This document shows positions 1-10,213 of a DNA stretch of 64,000 nt, in pieces. Position numbers and translations under genes: made by a program. The notes beneath the pieces were generated by a model that had not been told where the DNA came from, did no database searches, and saw only the letters and a program-made list of their open reading frames with translations. Every line of letters starts with the position of its first letter. Position 1 is the first letter of the stretch. Source of the stretch: an uncultured Aquiluna sp. (GTDB lineage Bacteria; Actinomycetota; Actinomycetes; Actinomycetales; Microbacteriaceae); assembly GCA_913775595.1 (NCBI GenBank), contig CAJYLB010000001.1, positions 868,001 to 932,000 of the forward strand, read 5' to 3'.

Positions 1-30
1 AATCGGTCAACTCGTTTGGTTGTGAAACTA

Positions 31-1323
31 ATGCGTATCTTGCTCATTGGAGCAGGCGGGGTTGGCGATGCAATCGTCAAAATCGCCTCTGAACGTAACT
101 TCTTTGAAAAGCTAATCGTCTCCGACTACGAGCTCGCAAGAGCTCAGCGGAGCGTTGACTGGGTTGCCCAGTGGCACCCAGATCTTCCGGTGGACAAGTT
201 TGAAGCGGCACAGATTGACGCCTCAGACTCTGCCCAAGTTGCAGCTCTCGCGAAAGCGCACGGCGCAACTCACATTGTCAATGCCGTAGAACCAAGGTTC
301 GTGCAGAGCATCTTCCAGGGTGCCCTCGATGCCGGGGCCAACTACATGGACATGGCTATGAGTCTCTCTCATCCTGACAAAGACGACCCCTTTACCAAGC
401 CCGCGGAGAAACTCGGGGACTGGCAGTATGCCAAGCACGAAGAGTTTGAAAAGGCAGGTCTTCTCGCACTTGTTGGTACTGGTGCGGAGCCAGGCATTTC
501 CAACATATTTGCCCGCTACGCAGCAGACCACCTATTCAGTGAGATAGATGAGATCACAATTTTGGATGGTGGAAACCTCGTGGTTGAAAACGACGAGGGT
601 GAAGAAATCTTTGCCCCCTCGTTCTCAATCTGGACCGTCATTGAGGAATGCCTAAACCCTCCGCTGATTTGGGAAAAGGATCGCGGCTGGTTTACCACCA
701 AGCCATTCTCGGAGCCTGAACTATTTGAGTTCCCGGGCGGTATTGGGCCGATTAAATGCGTAAACGTGGAACACGAGGAAGTAAACATGCTTCCGAGGAC
801 CATGGAGGCCAAGAGGGTCAACTTCAAATATGGCCTAGGTTCCGAGTTCATAAACGTGCTCAAGACCCTGCATGCCCTTGGGCTAGACAAGGTGAATCCC
901 ATTTGGGTGCGATCGAAGTCGGGTCGCGCTCAAGTCGCGCCACGTGATTTGGTAGCAGCTGTGCTGCCGGACCCCGCATCACTGGTTGAGCGCATGACCG
1001 GAAAGACCTGCGCGGGAACCCTCGTTACCGGTAAGGACAAAGAGGGTAAGCCACGTGCCTCTTACCTCTACCACATCGCTGACACCGAGTGGACGGCTGA
1101 GGAGTTTGATGCTCAGGCCGTGGTGTGGCAGACGGCATTGGTGCCCGTAATTGCCTTGGAGCTTCTAGAGCGAGGCGACTGGCAGGCGACAGGCGTTCGC
1201 GGTCCAGAGGAGTTCGATGCCAAGGTTTTCCTTGACACCATGGCGACTGAATACAAACAGGGCTGGGAGATTCAGGACAGAAACCCTGAGAACCCGAGCG
1301 TCATAGACGACGACTGGGAATAG
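31..1323 (+). CDS. Saccharopine dehydrogenase-family oxidoreductase (possibly carboxynorspermidine dehydrogenase-like)
   Basis: N-terminal Rossmann motif ILLIGAGGVG, GAEPG and VEHEEV motifs; ATG at 31 chosen as start. Confidence 0.8.
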   Translation: MRILLIGAGGVGDAIVKIASERNFFEKLIVSDYELARAQRSVDWVAQWHPDLPVDKFEAAQIDASDSAQVAALAKAHGATHIVNAVEPRFVQSIFQGALDAGANYMDMAMSLSHPDKDDPFTKPAEKLGDWQYAKHEEFEKAGLLALVGTGAEPGISNIFARYAADHLFSEIDEITILDGGNLVVENDEGEEIFAPSFSIWTVIEECLNPPLIWEKDRGWFTTKPFSEPELFEFPGGIGPIKCVNVEHEEVNMLPRTMEAKRVNFKYGLGSEFINVLKTLHALGLDKVNPIWVRSKSGRAQVAPRDLVAAVLPDPASLVERMTGKTCAGTLVTGKDKEGKPRASYLYHIADTEWTAEEFDAQAVVWQTALVPVIALELLERGDWQATGVRGPEEFDAKVFLDTMATEYKQGWEIQDRNPENPSVIDDDWE

Positions 1324-1324
1324 G

Positions 1325-1380
1325 AGTCTGATCCCCAGGGTTTTATGGGATAAAATGTCATAAATAACCCTGGGGATGAC
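1325..1380. repeat. Long imperfect inverted repeat (hairpin or operator)
   Basis: ATCCCCAGGGTT (1331-1342) pairs with AACCCTGGGGAT (1366-1377); extendable by GAGTC/GACTC and TTATG/CATAA with bulges. Confidence 0.65.
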
Positions 1381-1397
1381 TCTCAGCCAATATTCAG
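1381..1397 (+). promoter_or_regulatory. Candidate OmpR/MprA-type direct-repeat box
   Basis: TCTCAG-N5-ATTCAG upstream of the LolA-like/ABC operon. Confidence 0.35.
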
Positions 1398-1437
1398 TTG
1401 TATTTCTTAGGGTTAGAGCTCTAAGAAGGAGAACTAA

Positions 1438-2619
1438 ATGAAGCTTTCGAAGCGTTGGATGCCAGCCGTTGTGACTCCCGCGGTGATCGCGGCGATTTCG
1501 CTGGTGCCGCTTCAGGCGAATGCGGTCGACCTCCCAGACATGAGCGCAGAAGAGCTCATGGTCATGATGATGGACGCCCAGCCAACTGAGTTCTCCGGCA
1601 CAATCTTGAAAACCAGCAATCTCGGCCTCCCAGCTCTCGAGCTGAGCTCGATGGTGTCCGAGGAGGACGCCGAGCGCATGCGCGAGAAGATGCCCGAAGA
1701 GTTTGCTGACTTTGCTCCTGAGGTTATCGAGCAAAACCTCTTAACTGAGGCCATGGAACTAGTCACCGGCGAGCACAGGGTAAGGGTCTATGTTGGCGAA
1801 ACCGGCATGCGTGCACAGATTTTGGACATGATGGCGCAGCGCGACCTGATTGTCTCGGGTAACACGGTTTGGACCTATGACTCACGCGAGCAGGTGGCAA
1901 TGTACGGCGAGCTTGACGAAGAGAAGCTGGCCGAGGGCAAGGTTGAGGCAGAAGCTGAGATCAGTGCATACATTGCTGAGATTGGGCTTGATCTGACAGA
2001 CCCACAGGCAGTTGCCGAATACCTATTGAGCCAGGTGGGCGATAGCTCAGAGGTGACCGTTGGTACCGACCACTACCACGCTGGCCGCACTGCCTACCAG
2101 CTGATTGTGACCCCAAACAGCGAGGTCTCGCTGGTCGACTCGATTGTTGTATCGGTGGACTCCGAGACCGGAATGCCTCTGGCTCTAAGCGTTTACTCAA
2201 CCGAGCAGGCTGAGCCAGCCATGGAGGTCGGCTACGAGTCCATCAGCTTTGGCGACCAGGACGAGAGCATGTTCAGCTTCACTCCCCCAGCCGGAACACA
2301 GATCGTTGACCTAAAGGAGCTAGAGGCTCAGAAGGAAAAGGTCGACCTCGAAATGTGGATGGACATGGAAGAGATGGAGTCTTTGGAAGAGAAGCCAGAG
2401 CCAGTAATGATCGGTGAGGGTTGGGACACAATCGTGCTCATGCCAGCTGGCGACAAGGCACTGGCCGAGATGGGTGGCGAGCTAATCGAGTCGCTTATGA
2501 CTCCGGTTGCTGGTGGAATGCTCTTCAGCACTCCTCTGATGAATGTGTTTATGACTGACTCTGGTGATGTCTACGCCGGTGCAGTCAGTGTGCAGCACCT
2601 GCTAGACACCGCAAAGTAG
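1438..2619 (+). CDS. Secreted LolA-like (DUF2092-type) protein
   Basis: Signal peptide, LGLP motif, VDSETGMPL and FSFTPPAG motifs, C-terminal VYAGAV; RBS AAGGAG. Confidence 0.75.
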   Translation: MKLSKRWMPAVVTPAVIAAISLVPLQANAVDLPDMSAEELMVMMMDAQPTEFSGTILKTSNLGLPALELSSMVSEEDAERMREKMPEEFADFAPEVIEQNLLTEAMELVTGEHRVRVYVGETGMRAQILDMMAQRDLIVSGNTVWTYDSREQVAMYGELDEEKLAEGKVEAEAEISAYIAEIGLDLTDPQAVAEYLLSQVGDSSEVTVGTDHYHAGRTAYQLIVTPNSEVSLVDSIVVSVDSETGMPLALSVYSTEQAEPAMEVGYESISFGDQDESMFSFTPPAGTQIVDLKELEAQKEKVDLEMWMDMEEMESLEEKPEPVMIGEGWDTIVLMPAGDKALAEMGGELIESLMTPVAGGMLFSTPLMNVFMTDSGDVYAGAVSVQHLLDTAK

Positions 2620-2624
2620 CCCCA

Positions 2625-3563
2625 ATGCCGACAGAGCTGGCAATCGAGACCAGCGGACTAACGAAGCGCTTTGGCGATCAGAAGGCCGTGAATTCGATCA
2701 GCCTTGAGGTTCCAAAGGGTTCGGTGTTTGGGTTCCTAGGTCCAAACGGCTCTGGAAAAACTACTTCCATCCGAATGCTGCTTGGACTTGCCGAGGCATC
2801 TGAGGGCGAGATCAAAGTTCTTGGAACCGAGATTCCAAAGGGACTCGAAGAGGCACTGCCTAAAGTTGGCGCACTCGTCGAGGGGCCGGCTTTCTACCCA
2901 TTCATGTCCGGCAGGAACAACCTACTCAGAATTGATGCGGCTGACCGTTTCAGCGACGCGAGCACAAGAATTCAAAGGGTCGATGCCGCCCTCGATCGAG
3001 TGGGCCTCAAGAACGCGGCTTCCAAAAAGGTTCATGCCTACTCGCTAGGTATGAAGCAGCGACTAGGGCTTGCCAATGCACTTCTAAAACCGCGCGAGCT
3101 TCTCGTTTTGGACGAGCCAACAAACGGCCTAGACCCTCAGGGAACTAGAGAGGTTAGGAACCTGATTCGCTCCCTGTCCTCAGAAGGCATCACGATCTTC
3201 CTCTCCTCACACCTCTTGAGCGAAATTGAAATGCTATGTAGCCACGTTGCCGTAATGAGCGCGGGGAAAATTGTGGCTCAGGGTCTAATCGAGGACCTGA
3301 GAAACGAAGAGCCGACAAGGCTGATTCTCCGAACCGAGGACGTCGACCTGGCCGTTGAGGTACTTAAAGCCAATGGTGTTGGCAAGGCAAAGATTCTCGG
3401 CGACCAAATAACCTGCGAGGTTTCCCCAGAGCTAGATGTTGCTGCCATCAATGCGAAGCTCGTGAGGAAGAAGGTAGCCGTCAAGGAGATTCGGCTGGAG
3501 CGCTCAAGCCTCGAGGAAAAGTTTGTGAAGCTTACGGGAGAGGGGTTCGAAGTTGTTCGCTAA
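2625..3563 (+). CDS. ABC-2 type transporter ATP-binding protein
   Basis: Walker A GPNGSGKT, signature YSLGMKQR, Walker B LLVLDEP, SSH switch. Confidence 0.95.
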   Translation: MPTELAIETSGLTKRFGDQKAVNSISLEVPKGSVFGFLGPNGSGKTTSIRMLLGLAEASEGEIKVLGTEIPKGLEEALPKVGALVEGPAFYPFMSGRNNLLRIDAADRFSDASTRIQRVDAALDRVGLKNAASKKVHAYSLGMKQRLGLANALLKPRELLVLDEPTNGLDPQGTREVRNLIRSLSSEGITIFLSSHLLSEIEMLCSHVAVMSAGKIVAQGLIEDLRNEEPTRLILRTEDVDLAVEVLKANGVGKAKILGDQITCEVSPELDVAAINAKLVRKKVAVKEIRLERSSLEEKFVKLTGEGFEVVR

Positions 3564-4383
3564 GGCAATGGGAATCAGGCTCTTTCTATCGGAGCTCAAG
3601 GTCATGTTTACCCGTCGTCGCACCTGGGCCATGCTTGCAGCAATTGCTCTGATTCCGATTCTGCTTGCAATTGCCGTTGCCCTCTCCTCAGAGCGACTGG
3701 CTCCGGGAGAGGGACCGCCTTTTTTGGCCCAGGTCACCCAGAACGGGCTTTTCACTGGCTTTACAGCAATGCTCTTGGCTCTGCCGCTGTTTCTCCCGCT
3801 CACGGTTGCTGTGGTCTCGGGTGACACAATCGCAGGGGAGGCCGGTCTTGGCACCCTGCGTTATCTGCTGATTTCCCCTGTGGGGAGGGCGAGGCTATTG
3901 GTCGTGAAATACCTTGCCTCATTGGTTTTCATTCTTGCCGGCACATTCACCCTGATGATCGCGGGTGCTGCAATCGGAGCAATCCTTTTCCCTGTTGGTC
4001 CGGTGACGCTCTTGTCTGGCTTCACAATAAGCATTTTTGAGGCTTTCGGCAGGATGGCTTTGGTCGCGCTCTACACAACAGTTTCCCTCTCGGGTATGGC
4101 AGCGGTTGGTCTCTTTATCTCAACATTGACCACGGTGCCGGTCGGTGCAATGACAGCCACGCTTGTCACCAGTGGGGTGAGCAACATCCTGGGAAACATT
4201 CCGCAGCTTGAGTGGATGCACTCCTGGCTCTTCACCTACTACTGGCTGGATTTTGCGGATTTGCTTCGAGCACCGATTGAGTGGGGCTCGATGCTCAACA
4301 ACATTGTCCTGCAGCTGGGTTGGATCGCCGTCTTTGGCTCGCTGGCCTATGGCCGCTTTACGACCAAGGACATCCTGAGCTAG
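3553..4383 (+). CDS. ABC-2 type transporter permease
   Basis: About 6 TM segments, IAGEAGLGTLRYLL motif, follows the ATPase; start may instead be ATG 3568. Confidence 0.9.
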   Translation: MFAKAMGIRLFLSELKVMFTRRRTWAMLAAIALIPILLAIAVALSSERLAPGEGPPFLAQVTQNGLFTGFTAMLLALPLFLPLTVAVVSGDTIAGEAGLGTLRYLLISPVGRARLLVVKYLASLVFILAGTFTLMIAGAAIGAILFPVGPVTLLSGFTISIFEAFGRMALVALYTTVSLSGMAAVGLFISTLTTVPVGAMTATLVTSGVSNILGNIPQLEWMHSWLFTYYWLDFADLLRAPIEWGSMLNNIVLQLGWIAVFGSLAYGRFTTKDILS

Positions 4384-4407
4384 CGCTGTTAGACTTTGTG
4401 GCCGTAG

Positions 4408-4483
<76 letters not shown>

Positions 4484-4485
4484 AA

Positions 4486-5016
4486 TCAAGCGCCCTCCCC
4501 AACAACCTGCAGGTTGCTCGCTCCGTCAACGCGCCAGACATCATCAACCTGCACCATCAAATACCTAAGCCCATAGACCGAGTTGCCGGACTCAATAAAC
4601 CTCACGTCTATCACCGCAATAGTCTCGGAACTGTCAATCATGCAGTCACGGTAGGCGAGCTCGGAGGAGCCGATCAGTGGCCCATAACTACCCGAAATGA
4701 TCTCAACGAAACCCTCTAGAGTCACACTCTCTTGAAAGCTCGGCGAAGCAATCGCATAAGCGGCTTCGAATTCACCCAAGCCAAAAGCTGCGGTTTGGTT
4801 GTCTATTGATTCCTCTATTCGCATTTGAGTGCTCGGCAGGCAGTCCTGGGGTCCTGCAGGCTCAGCCTCTTGGGTGACCTCAGGCTCAGTCTCAGTCTCT
4901 GGTTGAGTCTCTTTAGTCTCAATCTCGCTGGCGGAAGGAGTTGGTTCTTCGATAGTGCCTTGGCAGCCCGCAAGCACAAGGACAGCAAAGATTACAGCTG
5001 CTCTACTGAGCTTCAC
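4486..5016 (-). CDS. Lipoprotein, DUF4864-like
   Basis: Lipobox LAGC, E/P/T-rich linker, AAYAIASPSFQ and WRVDG motifs. Confidence 0.7.
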   Translation of the reverse strand: MKLSRAAVIFAVLVLAGCQGTIEEPTPSASEIETKETQPETETEPEVTQEAEPAGPQDCLPSTQMRIEESIDNQTAAFGLGEFEAAYAIASPSFQESVTLEGFVEIISGSYGPLIGSSELAYRDCMIDSSETIAVIDVRFIESGNSVYGLRYLMVQVDDVWRVDGASNLQVVGEGA

Positions 5017-5434
5017 TTTTCTTCCTTGTGCTGAGAAGCCGCTTGATCAAGCCAACAGATTCACACGACCAAAGAGCCCAGACGACGAGCAGTGGCTGGA
5101 AGAAGAGCCGGGTGAAGCGAGCCTCGTCCGTATCGAGACCGAAGGCGTCAATCCCCTCAACGTATTGATTGATGTTGCCGGGGAAGATTGCGATGAAGAA
5201 TAAGCCAGTGACTAGCCCAGCCCATGGCACAGCCCTGCCGACTGACAAAAGAGAAAGGCCAAGGATGATCTCAACAACGCCAGATGCGACCACAACGAAG
5301 TCTGGATCTAGCGGCAGCCAAACCGGAACCTGTGCCTGGAACTCTTGCCTGGCATCGGTTAGGTGAGCAAAACCAGCCATCATTAGCGCACCGCCCAGCA
5401 GCAGTCTCGCGATGATCTTTATTACCCTCACCAT
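5003..5434 (-). CDS. DoxX-family membrane protein
   Basis: AGFAH, SGVVE, IFPGN and RLFFQP motifs; 4 TM. Confidence 0.8.
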   Translation of the reverse strand: MVRVIKIIARLLLGGALMMAGFAHLTDARQEFQAQVPVWLPLDPDFVVVASGVVEIILGLSLLSVGRAVPWAGLVTGLFFIAIFPGNINQYVEGIDAFGLDTDEARFTRLFFQPLLVVWALWSCESVGLIKRLLSTRKKSEAQ

Positions 5435-5514
5435 TGAAGGCCTAACCCCCACTCTCAATTCTTTGTTCCTCGACAGATTGGAAGCTGTTTGCCACTTGGT
5501 TGGTTTGAAATGAA

Positions 5515-5904
5515 ATGCAGAATCAAGGCAAGAGGCTAATCGGCGTTTATAAGGCCGACGGCGGACTGTTTGGAGAGATCAGGTACTTCCTCGGCCACCT
5601 GGTTGGAATCAAAGAATGCAGCCTTTGCGACATCACCCACTCGCAGGTGATGAAAAAACGTGCCTTCAAAGAGTTCGAGTCAAGCCTTCAAGAGAAACAT
5701 GGACTCGAAATGCGCCTTGTCCACATGAACGAGCGGTCCGAGGCCGAGCTTGCGGCATCGAAGGGCAGGGAGCCTTGCGTGCTCCTGGAATATCAAGATG
5801 GCTCCATATCTATGTTCCTGGATTATGAGGAGCTGAGGGCTGCTGGTGGCAAGGTGAGCTCGTTCGAGAAGCTGGTTGAATCCAGGCTCAGTATTTACCT
5901 GTAG
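5515..5904 (+). CDS. Conserved hypothetical protein with CxxC-x3-H motif
   Basis: GVYKADGG and CSLCDITH motifs; coding-like composition. Confidence 0.65.
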   Translation: MQNQGKRLIGVYKADGGLFGEIRYFLGHLVGIKECSLCDITHSQVMKKRAFKEFESSLQEKHGLEMRLVHMNERSEAELAASKGREPCVLLEYQDGSISMFLDYEELRAAGGKVSSFEKLVESRLSIYL

Positions 5905-6502
5905 CGCCTTGCGGGCGACGCTGGTGCAGCCATTGTGCCCAAATTGCAAAGGTAAGCCAAACCACCTGCATCACCACAATTGTCCGCTGGGCAAGACCGG
6001 TATAGGTCCTGTCGGGGTCTAGCCAGGTGAGCAGGAAGACGAGCGTTGCAATTGTCATTACTGCAGTTGCCGTGATCGCTCCAGGTGGCCTGATAGCCCA
6101 GTGATAACGCCTATCAAAACGCATTGCGAGTAGTGGCCAGGCGGAGAACAGAACGAAGGCAGAGGTGGCAAAGAAAAGGTGCTCGGGTGAATTGGACCTC
6201 TGATCTGGAACCGCAAAGATAGCGACCCCGTAAGAGCTCAGCCCAGCCAACATGAGAGTTATACGGCCAGGCATTGAGAACGACCTAGCACTCCAAGCTC
6301 CGATCAAAGTCAGGGTTGAACCAAAAATAAAGAAACTGGTCTGAACCCACTTCACAGGAGAATCATCCGCCGCTAGATCGGAGATGGTCTGCCTGATTGG
6401 GTCATATCCCGGCCACAAAAGTGCCGACAGTGTCCACCCGGTGATGTTCTGTATGGGGCCAAGCGTTGCAGCCACGACTGCCCAGATTCCTATCAACTGC
6501 AT
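5888..6502 (-). CDS. DUF998-family membrane protein
   Basis: PGYDPIRQTISDL and GLAQR motifs; multiple TM; ATG 6502 chosen as start. Confidence 0.8.
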   Translation of the reverse strand: MQLIGIWAVVAATLGPIQNITGWTLSALLWPGYDPIRQTISDLAADDSPVKWVQTSFFIFGSTLTLIGAWSARSFSMPGRITLMLAGLSSYGVAIFAVPDQRSNSPEHLFFATSAFVLFSAWPLLAMRFDRRYHWAIRPPGAITATAVMTIATLVFLLTWLDPDRTYTGLAQRTIVVMQVVWLTFAIWAQWLHQRRPQGATGKY

Positions 6503-6619
6503 GGTCGAACACTTCTTCCCGTGTCTAAACAAAACCTAAGGTTTTTGCAGGGCGGAGATTCCCTAAGTTAAGCTATCTAGAGCGCAGGCCTGCGAATTCC
6601 CCCAGAACATGGAGATAAG

Positions 6620-9600
6620 TTGTTGCTGCACGAATTCAAGAAGGTCGAGCTGACCCCAAGGGCAAGCTCCCTACTGGATGCGCTCGCATCGAGAGTGGTT
6701 GTGGCAGACGGTGCCATGGGCACGATGCTCCAGGACCGAAAGCCCTCACTTGAAGACTTTGAAGGGCATGAGGGCTGTAACGAGATCCTGAATGTCACTC
6801 GACCGGACATTGTCCTTGACGTCCATAATGCCTACTTCGAAATTGGCATCGACTGCGTGGAGACCAACACGTTTGGTGCCAACTGGTCAAACCTCTCCGA
6901 TTACGGGATTGATGAGCGAATTGCAGAGCTTGCGGAGGCCGGGGCCAGGCTCGCCCGGCAATCTGCCGATCAGTTCACGGCACAAGACTCCAGGGAGCGC
7001 TGGGTTCTGGGCTCAATGGGACCGGGTACCAAGCTCCCCTCTCTCGGCCACACAACCTACGACTTTTTGAAGGAAACTTTCGCCCGCCAGGCAAAGGGCC
7101 TGATTGCAGGGGGTAGCGATGCCTTCATGGTTGAGACCAGTCAGGACCTGCTCCAAACCAAGGCCGCCATCAACGGTTGCAAGCAGGCCGTCGTTGAGAC
7201 TGGAATCAGGCTGCCAATCTTTGTTGAGGTAACCGTCGAAACAACTGGCACGATGCTCATGGGAAGCGAGATCGGTGCCGCGCTGACGGCCCTTGAGCCC
7301 CTCGGTATTGACATGATCGGCCTAAACTGCGCCACCGGTCCCGCCGAGATGAGTGAGCACCTCAGGCAGCTAAGCCAGCACTCACAAATTCCTGTAATGG
7401 TCATGCCAAATGCCGGCTTGCCAATTCTGCAGGGTGATGGTGCCGTATATCCCCTCACCCCCAGCGAACTTGCAACCGCTCACGAGCAGTTCATCAAGGA
7501 ATTTGGGCTCTCGCTCGTAGGTGGCTGCTGTGGCACCACCCCAGAACACCTCAAGGCAGTGGTTGAGAGGGTAGGCGGGGTAAAGTCCCTGGAGCGGAGG
7601 ATTGAGATCGAGCCCGGAGTGGCTTCTTTGTACCAACACGTTCCGCTGGATCAGGACAACACCTATCTAGCAATTGGTGAGAGAACCAATGCCAACGGCT
7701 CAAAGGCTTTCCGAGAGGCAATGCTCGAGGAGCGCTGGGACGACTGCGTTGAAATAGCCAAGCGTCAGGTTAGAGACGGTGCCCACCTCCTAGATGTCAG
7801 CGTTGACTATGTTGGCCGCGATGGAGTCAGGGACATGCAGGAGATTGTCTCCAGGTTTGCCTCTGCTTCGACCCTGCCGCTGGTTATCGACTCGACGGAG
7901 CCTGAGGTTATGAAGGCTGGCCTTGAGCTCATTGGGGGCAGGCCAGTAATCAACTCCGTGAACTTTGAGGATGGCGATGGTCCCAATTCGCGATTCCAGA
8001 AGGCCATGCCGCTGGTGAAGGAGCACGGGGCCGCGGTAATTGCCCTCACCATTGACGAGCAGGGTCAGGCGAGAACCAAAGAGGACAAAGTTCGAATCGC
8101 CTCCAGGCTCATCGACACTCTCGTTGATGACTGGGGAATGCGCGTTAGCGACATCATTATGGACTGCCTCACATTTCCCATTGCAACCGGACAGGAGGAA
8201 ACGAGAAGGGATGCCATCGAAACAATCGAGGCAATTCGCGAGGTGAACAGGCTTTACCCCGGCGTTCACACAACCCTTGGCGTCTCCAACGTCTCCTTTG
8301 GCCTGAACCCGGTCTCCAGGTCGGTTTTGAATTCGGTTTTCCTCCATGAGGCTTACGAGGCTGGACTTGACACTGCAATCATCGACGCCGCAAAGATAAC
8401 CCCGCTTGCGTCAATCCCCGAGGATCAGAAGAAGGTCGCATTAGACCTGATCTATGACCGCCGTGAATACGATGCGGATGGAAACGTCACCTATGACCCG
8501 CTACAGGCAATGCTCGAGCTATTTGCTGGGGTGAATAGCTCAGCGCTTAGAGACGCGCGGGCCGCTGAACTAGCCGCTCTAAGTATCACTGAGCGCCTAG
8601 AGCGCAGGATTATTGACGGCGAGGCTAAGGGGCTTGAGGCGGACCTTGACCATGCCAGAGCCGATGGCTACAAGCCGCTGGACATTATAAATGACCACCT
8701 GCTTGAGGGCATGAAGGTAGTGGGTGAGCGCTTTGGCAAGGGAGAAATGCAACTTCCCTTCGTTTTGCAGTCCGCCGAGGTAATGAAGAGTGCTGTCGCA
8801 CTACTTGAGCCACACATGGAAAAGACCAACGAGGGCGGCAAGGGCACCATCGTTCTCGCAACCGTTCGAGGCGATGTCCACGACATTGGGAAAAACCTTG
8901 TTGACATCATCCTCACCAACAACGGCTACAACGTCATCAATATCGGCATCAAGCAGCCGATAAACGACATAATTGCCGCCGCCGAGGAGCACAACGCCGA
9001 CGTCATCGGCATGAGCGGTCTGCTGGTGAAGTCCACGCTCGTGATGAAGGAAAACCTCGAGGAGCTGGCATCCAGAGGCTTTGGTACCAAGTGGCCGGTA
9101 ATACTCGGTGGTGCCGCCTTGACTCGGGCCTTTGTTGAGGATGACCTGGCTGGCCAGTTTGAGGGGGTCGTCCGCTACGCCAAGGATGCCTTCGAGGGGT
9201 TAGATCTAATGGGGCCGCTTGTGAAGATTGCCAGGGGTGCCGACCCGGACAGCGTCGGATTACCGCCTCTTAAGAAGCGCATTCACGCAAAAGCCCAGCT
9301 CACCCTCACGGAGGAGGCTGACCTACCAGAGCGCTCAGATGTCGCCTCAGATAACAAGGTTCCTACCCCTCCTTTCTGGGGCACTAGGCTCGTCAAGGGC
9401 ATCAAGCTCGCCGACTATTCGGACTTCTTGGACGAGCGAGCAACGTTTATGGGCCAATGGGGACTCAAACCCTCAAGAAATGACGGGCCAGGCTACGAAG
9501 AATTGGTTGAAACCGAAGGAAAGCCACGGCTTCGCTACTGGCTGGACAGGATTCTGGCCGAGGGCATGTTTGATGCGAAGGTCGCCTATGGCTACTTCCC

Positions 9601-10213
9601 AGTAGTCTCAGTCGGCAACGAGGTAATAGTCCTTGGCCATGGAGATGATCCAGCAGGCAAGCTGGGACACAAGGGGCTGCTTGCCCCAGATGGCGGAGCC
9701 GGTGAGCTGGGTAAAGAGCGACTTCGCTTTAGCTTCCCACGACAGCGCAGGGACCGTCACCTCTGTCTAGCCGACTTCATAAAAAGCCAAGACTCTGGCC
9801 AAGTTGACGTGCTGCCTATCCAATTGGTAACTGTTGGTTCGACCGTCGACACCTTCACCCAAAAGCTCTTTGCAGAGAATGCCTACCGCGAATACATGGA
9901 GCTCAATGGCCTAGCCATGCAGCTAACTGAGGCTCTCGCAGAGTATTGGCACACTCGCGTCCGCGCAGAGCTCGGGTTTGATGGTGAGGACCCCAAAGAA
10001 ATAGGCGACTTCTTTGACCTCAAGTATCGAGGGGCTAGATTCTCACTTGGCTACCCAGCCTGCCCGGAGATGGAAGATCGCAAGAAAGTGGTGGAGCTTC
10101 TAAAGCCAGAGCGGCTCGGCATTGAACTCAGCGAAGAGCTGCAGTTACACCCCGAGCAGTCAACCGATGCTTTCGTCTTCCACCACCCAGAGGCAAAGTA
10201 CTTCTCCGTCTAG
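6620..10213 (+). CDS. metH: Cobalamin-dependent methionine synthase
   Basis: DGAMGT, GLNC and GGCCG homocysteine/Zn motifs; IGERTNANGS pterin domain; DVHDIG B12 motif; C-terminal GYPACP activation domain. Confidence 0.98.
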   Translation: MLLHEFKKVELTPRASSLLDALASRVVVADGAMGTMLQDRKPSLEDFEGHEGCNEILNVTRPDIVLDVHNAYFEIGIDCVETNTFGANWSNLSDYGIDERIAELAEAGARLARQSADQFTAQDSRERWVLGSMGPGTKLPSLGHTTYDFLKETFARQAKGLIAGGSDAFMVETSQDLLQTKAAINGCKQAVVETGIRLPIFVEVTVETTGTMLMGSEIGAALTALEPLGIDMIGLNCATGPAEMSEHLRQLSQHSQIPVMVMPNAGLPILQGDGAVYPLTPSELATAHEQFIKEFGLSLVGGCCGTTPEHLKAVVERVGGVKSLERRIEIEPGVASLYQHVPLDQDNTYLAIGERTNANGSKAFREAMLEERWDDCVEIAKRQVRDGAHLLDVSVDYVGRDGVRDMQEIVSRFASASTLPLVIDSTEPEVMKAGLELIGGRPVINSVNFEDGDGPNSRFQKAMPLVKEHGAAVIALTIDEQGQARTKEDKVRIASRLIDTLVDDWGMRVSDIIMDCLTFPIATGQEETRRDAIETIEAIREVNRLYPGVHTTLGVSNVSFGLNPVSRSVLNSVFLHEAYEAGLDTAIIDAAKITPLASIPEDQKKVALDLIYDRREYDADGNVTYDPLQAMLELFAGVNSSALRDARAAELAALSITERLERRIIDGEAKGLEADLDHARADGYKPLDIINDHLLEGMKVVGERFGKGEMQLPFVLQSAEVMKSAVALLEPHMEKTNEGGKGTIVLATVRGDVHDIGKNLVDIILTNNGYNVINIGIKQPINDIIAAAEEHNADVIGMSGLLVKSTLVMKENLEELASRGFGTKWPVILGGAALTRAFVEDDLAGQFEGVVRYAKDAFEGLDLMGPLVKIARGADPDSVGLPPLKKRIHAKAQLTLTEEADLPERSDVASDNKVPTPPFWGTRLVKGIKLADYSDFLDERATFMGQWGLKPSRNDGPGYEELVETEGKPRLRYWLDRILAEGMFDAKVAYGYFPVVSVGNEVIVLGHGDDPAGKLGHKGLLAPDGGAGELGKERLRFSFPRQRRDRHLCLADFIKSQDSGQVDVLPIQLVTVGSTVDTFTQKLFAENAYREYMELNGLAMQLTEALAEYWHTRVRAELGFDGEDPKEIGDFFDLKYRGARFSLGYPACPEMEDRKKVVELLKPERLGIELSEELQLHPEQSTDAFVFHHPEAKYFSV

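Noticed and set aside
6575..6619. Perfect palindrome CGCAGGCCTGCG (6583-6594) in the metH leader as a SAM/SAH/B12 riboswitch
   Set aside because: The leader is only about 40 nt and lacks the conserved riboswitch cores; at most a small hairpin or operator.
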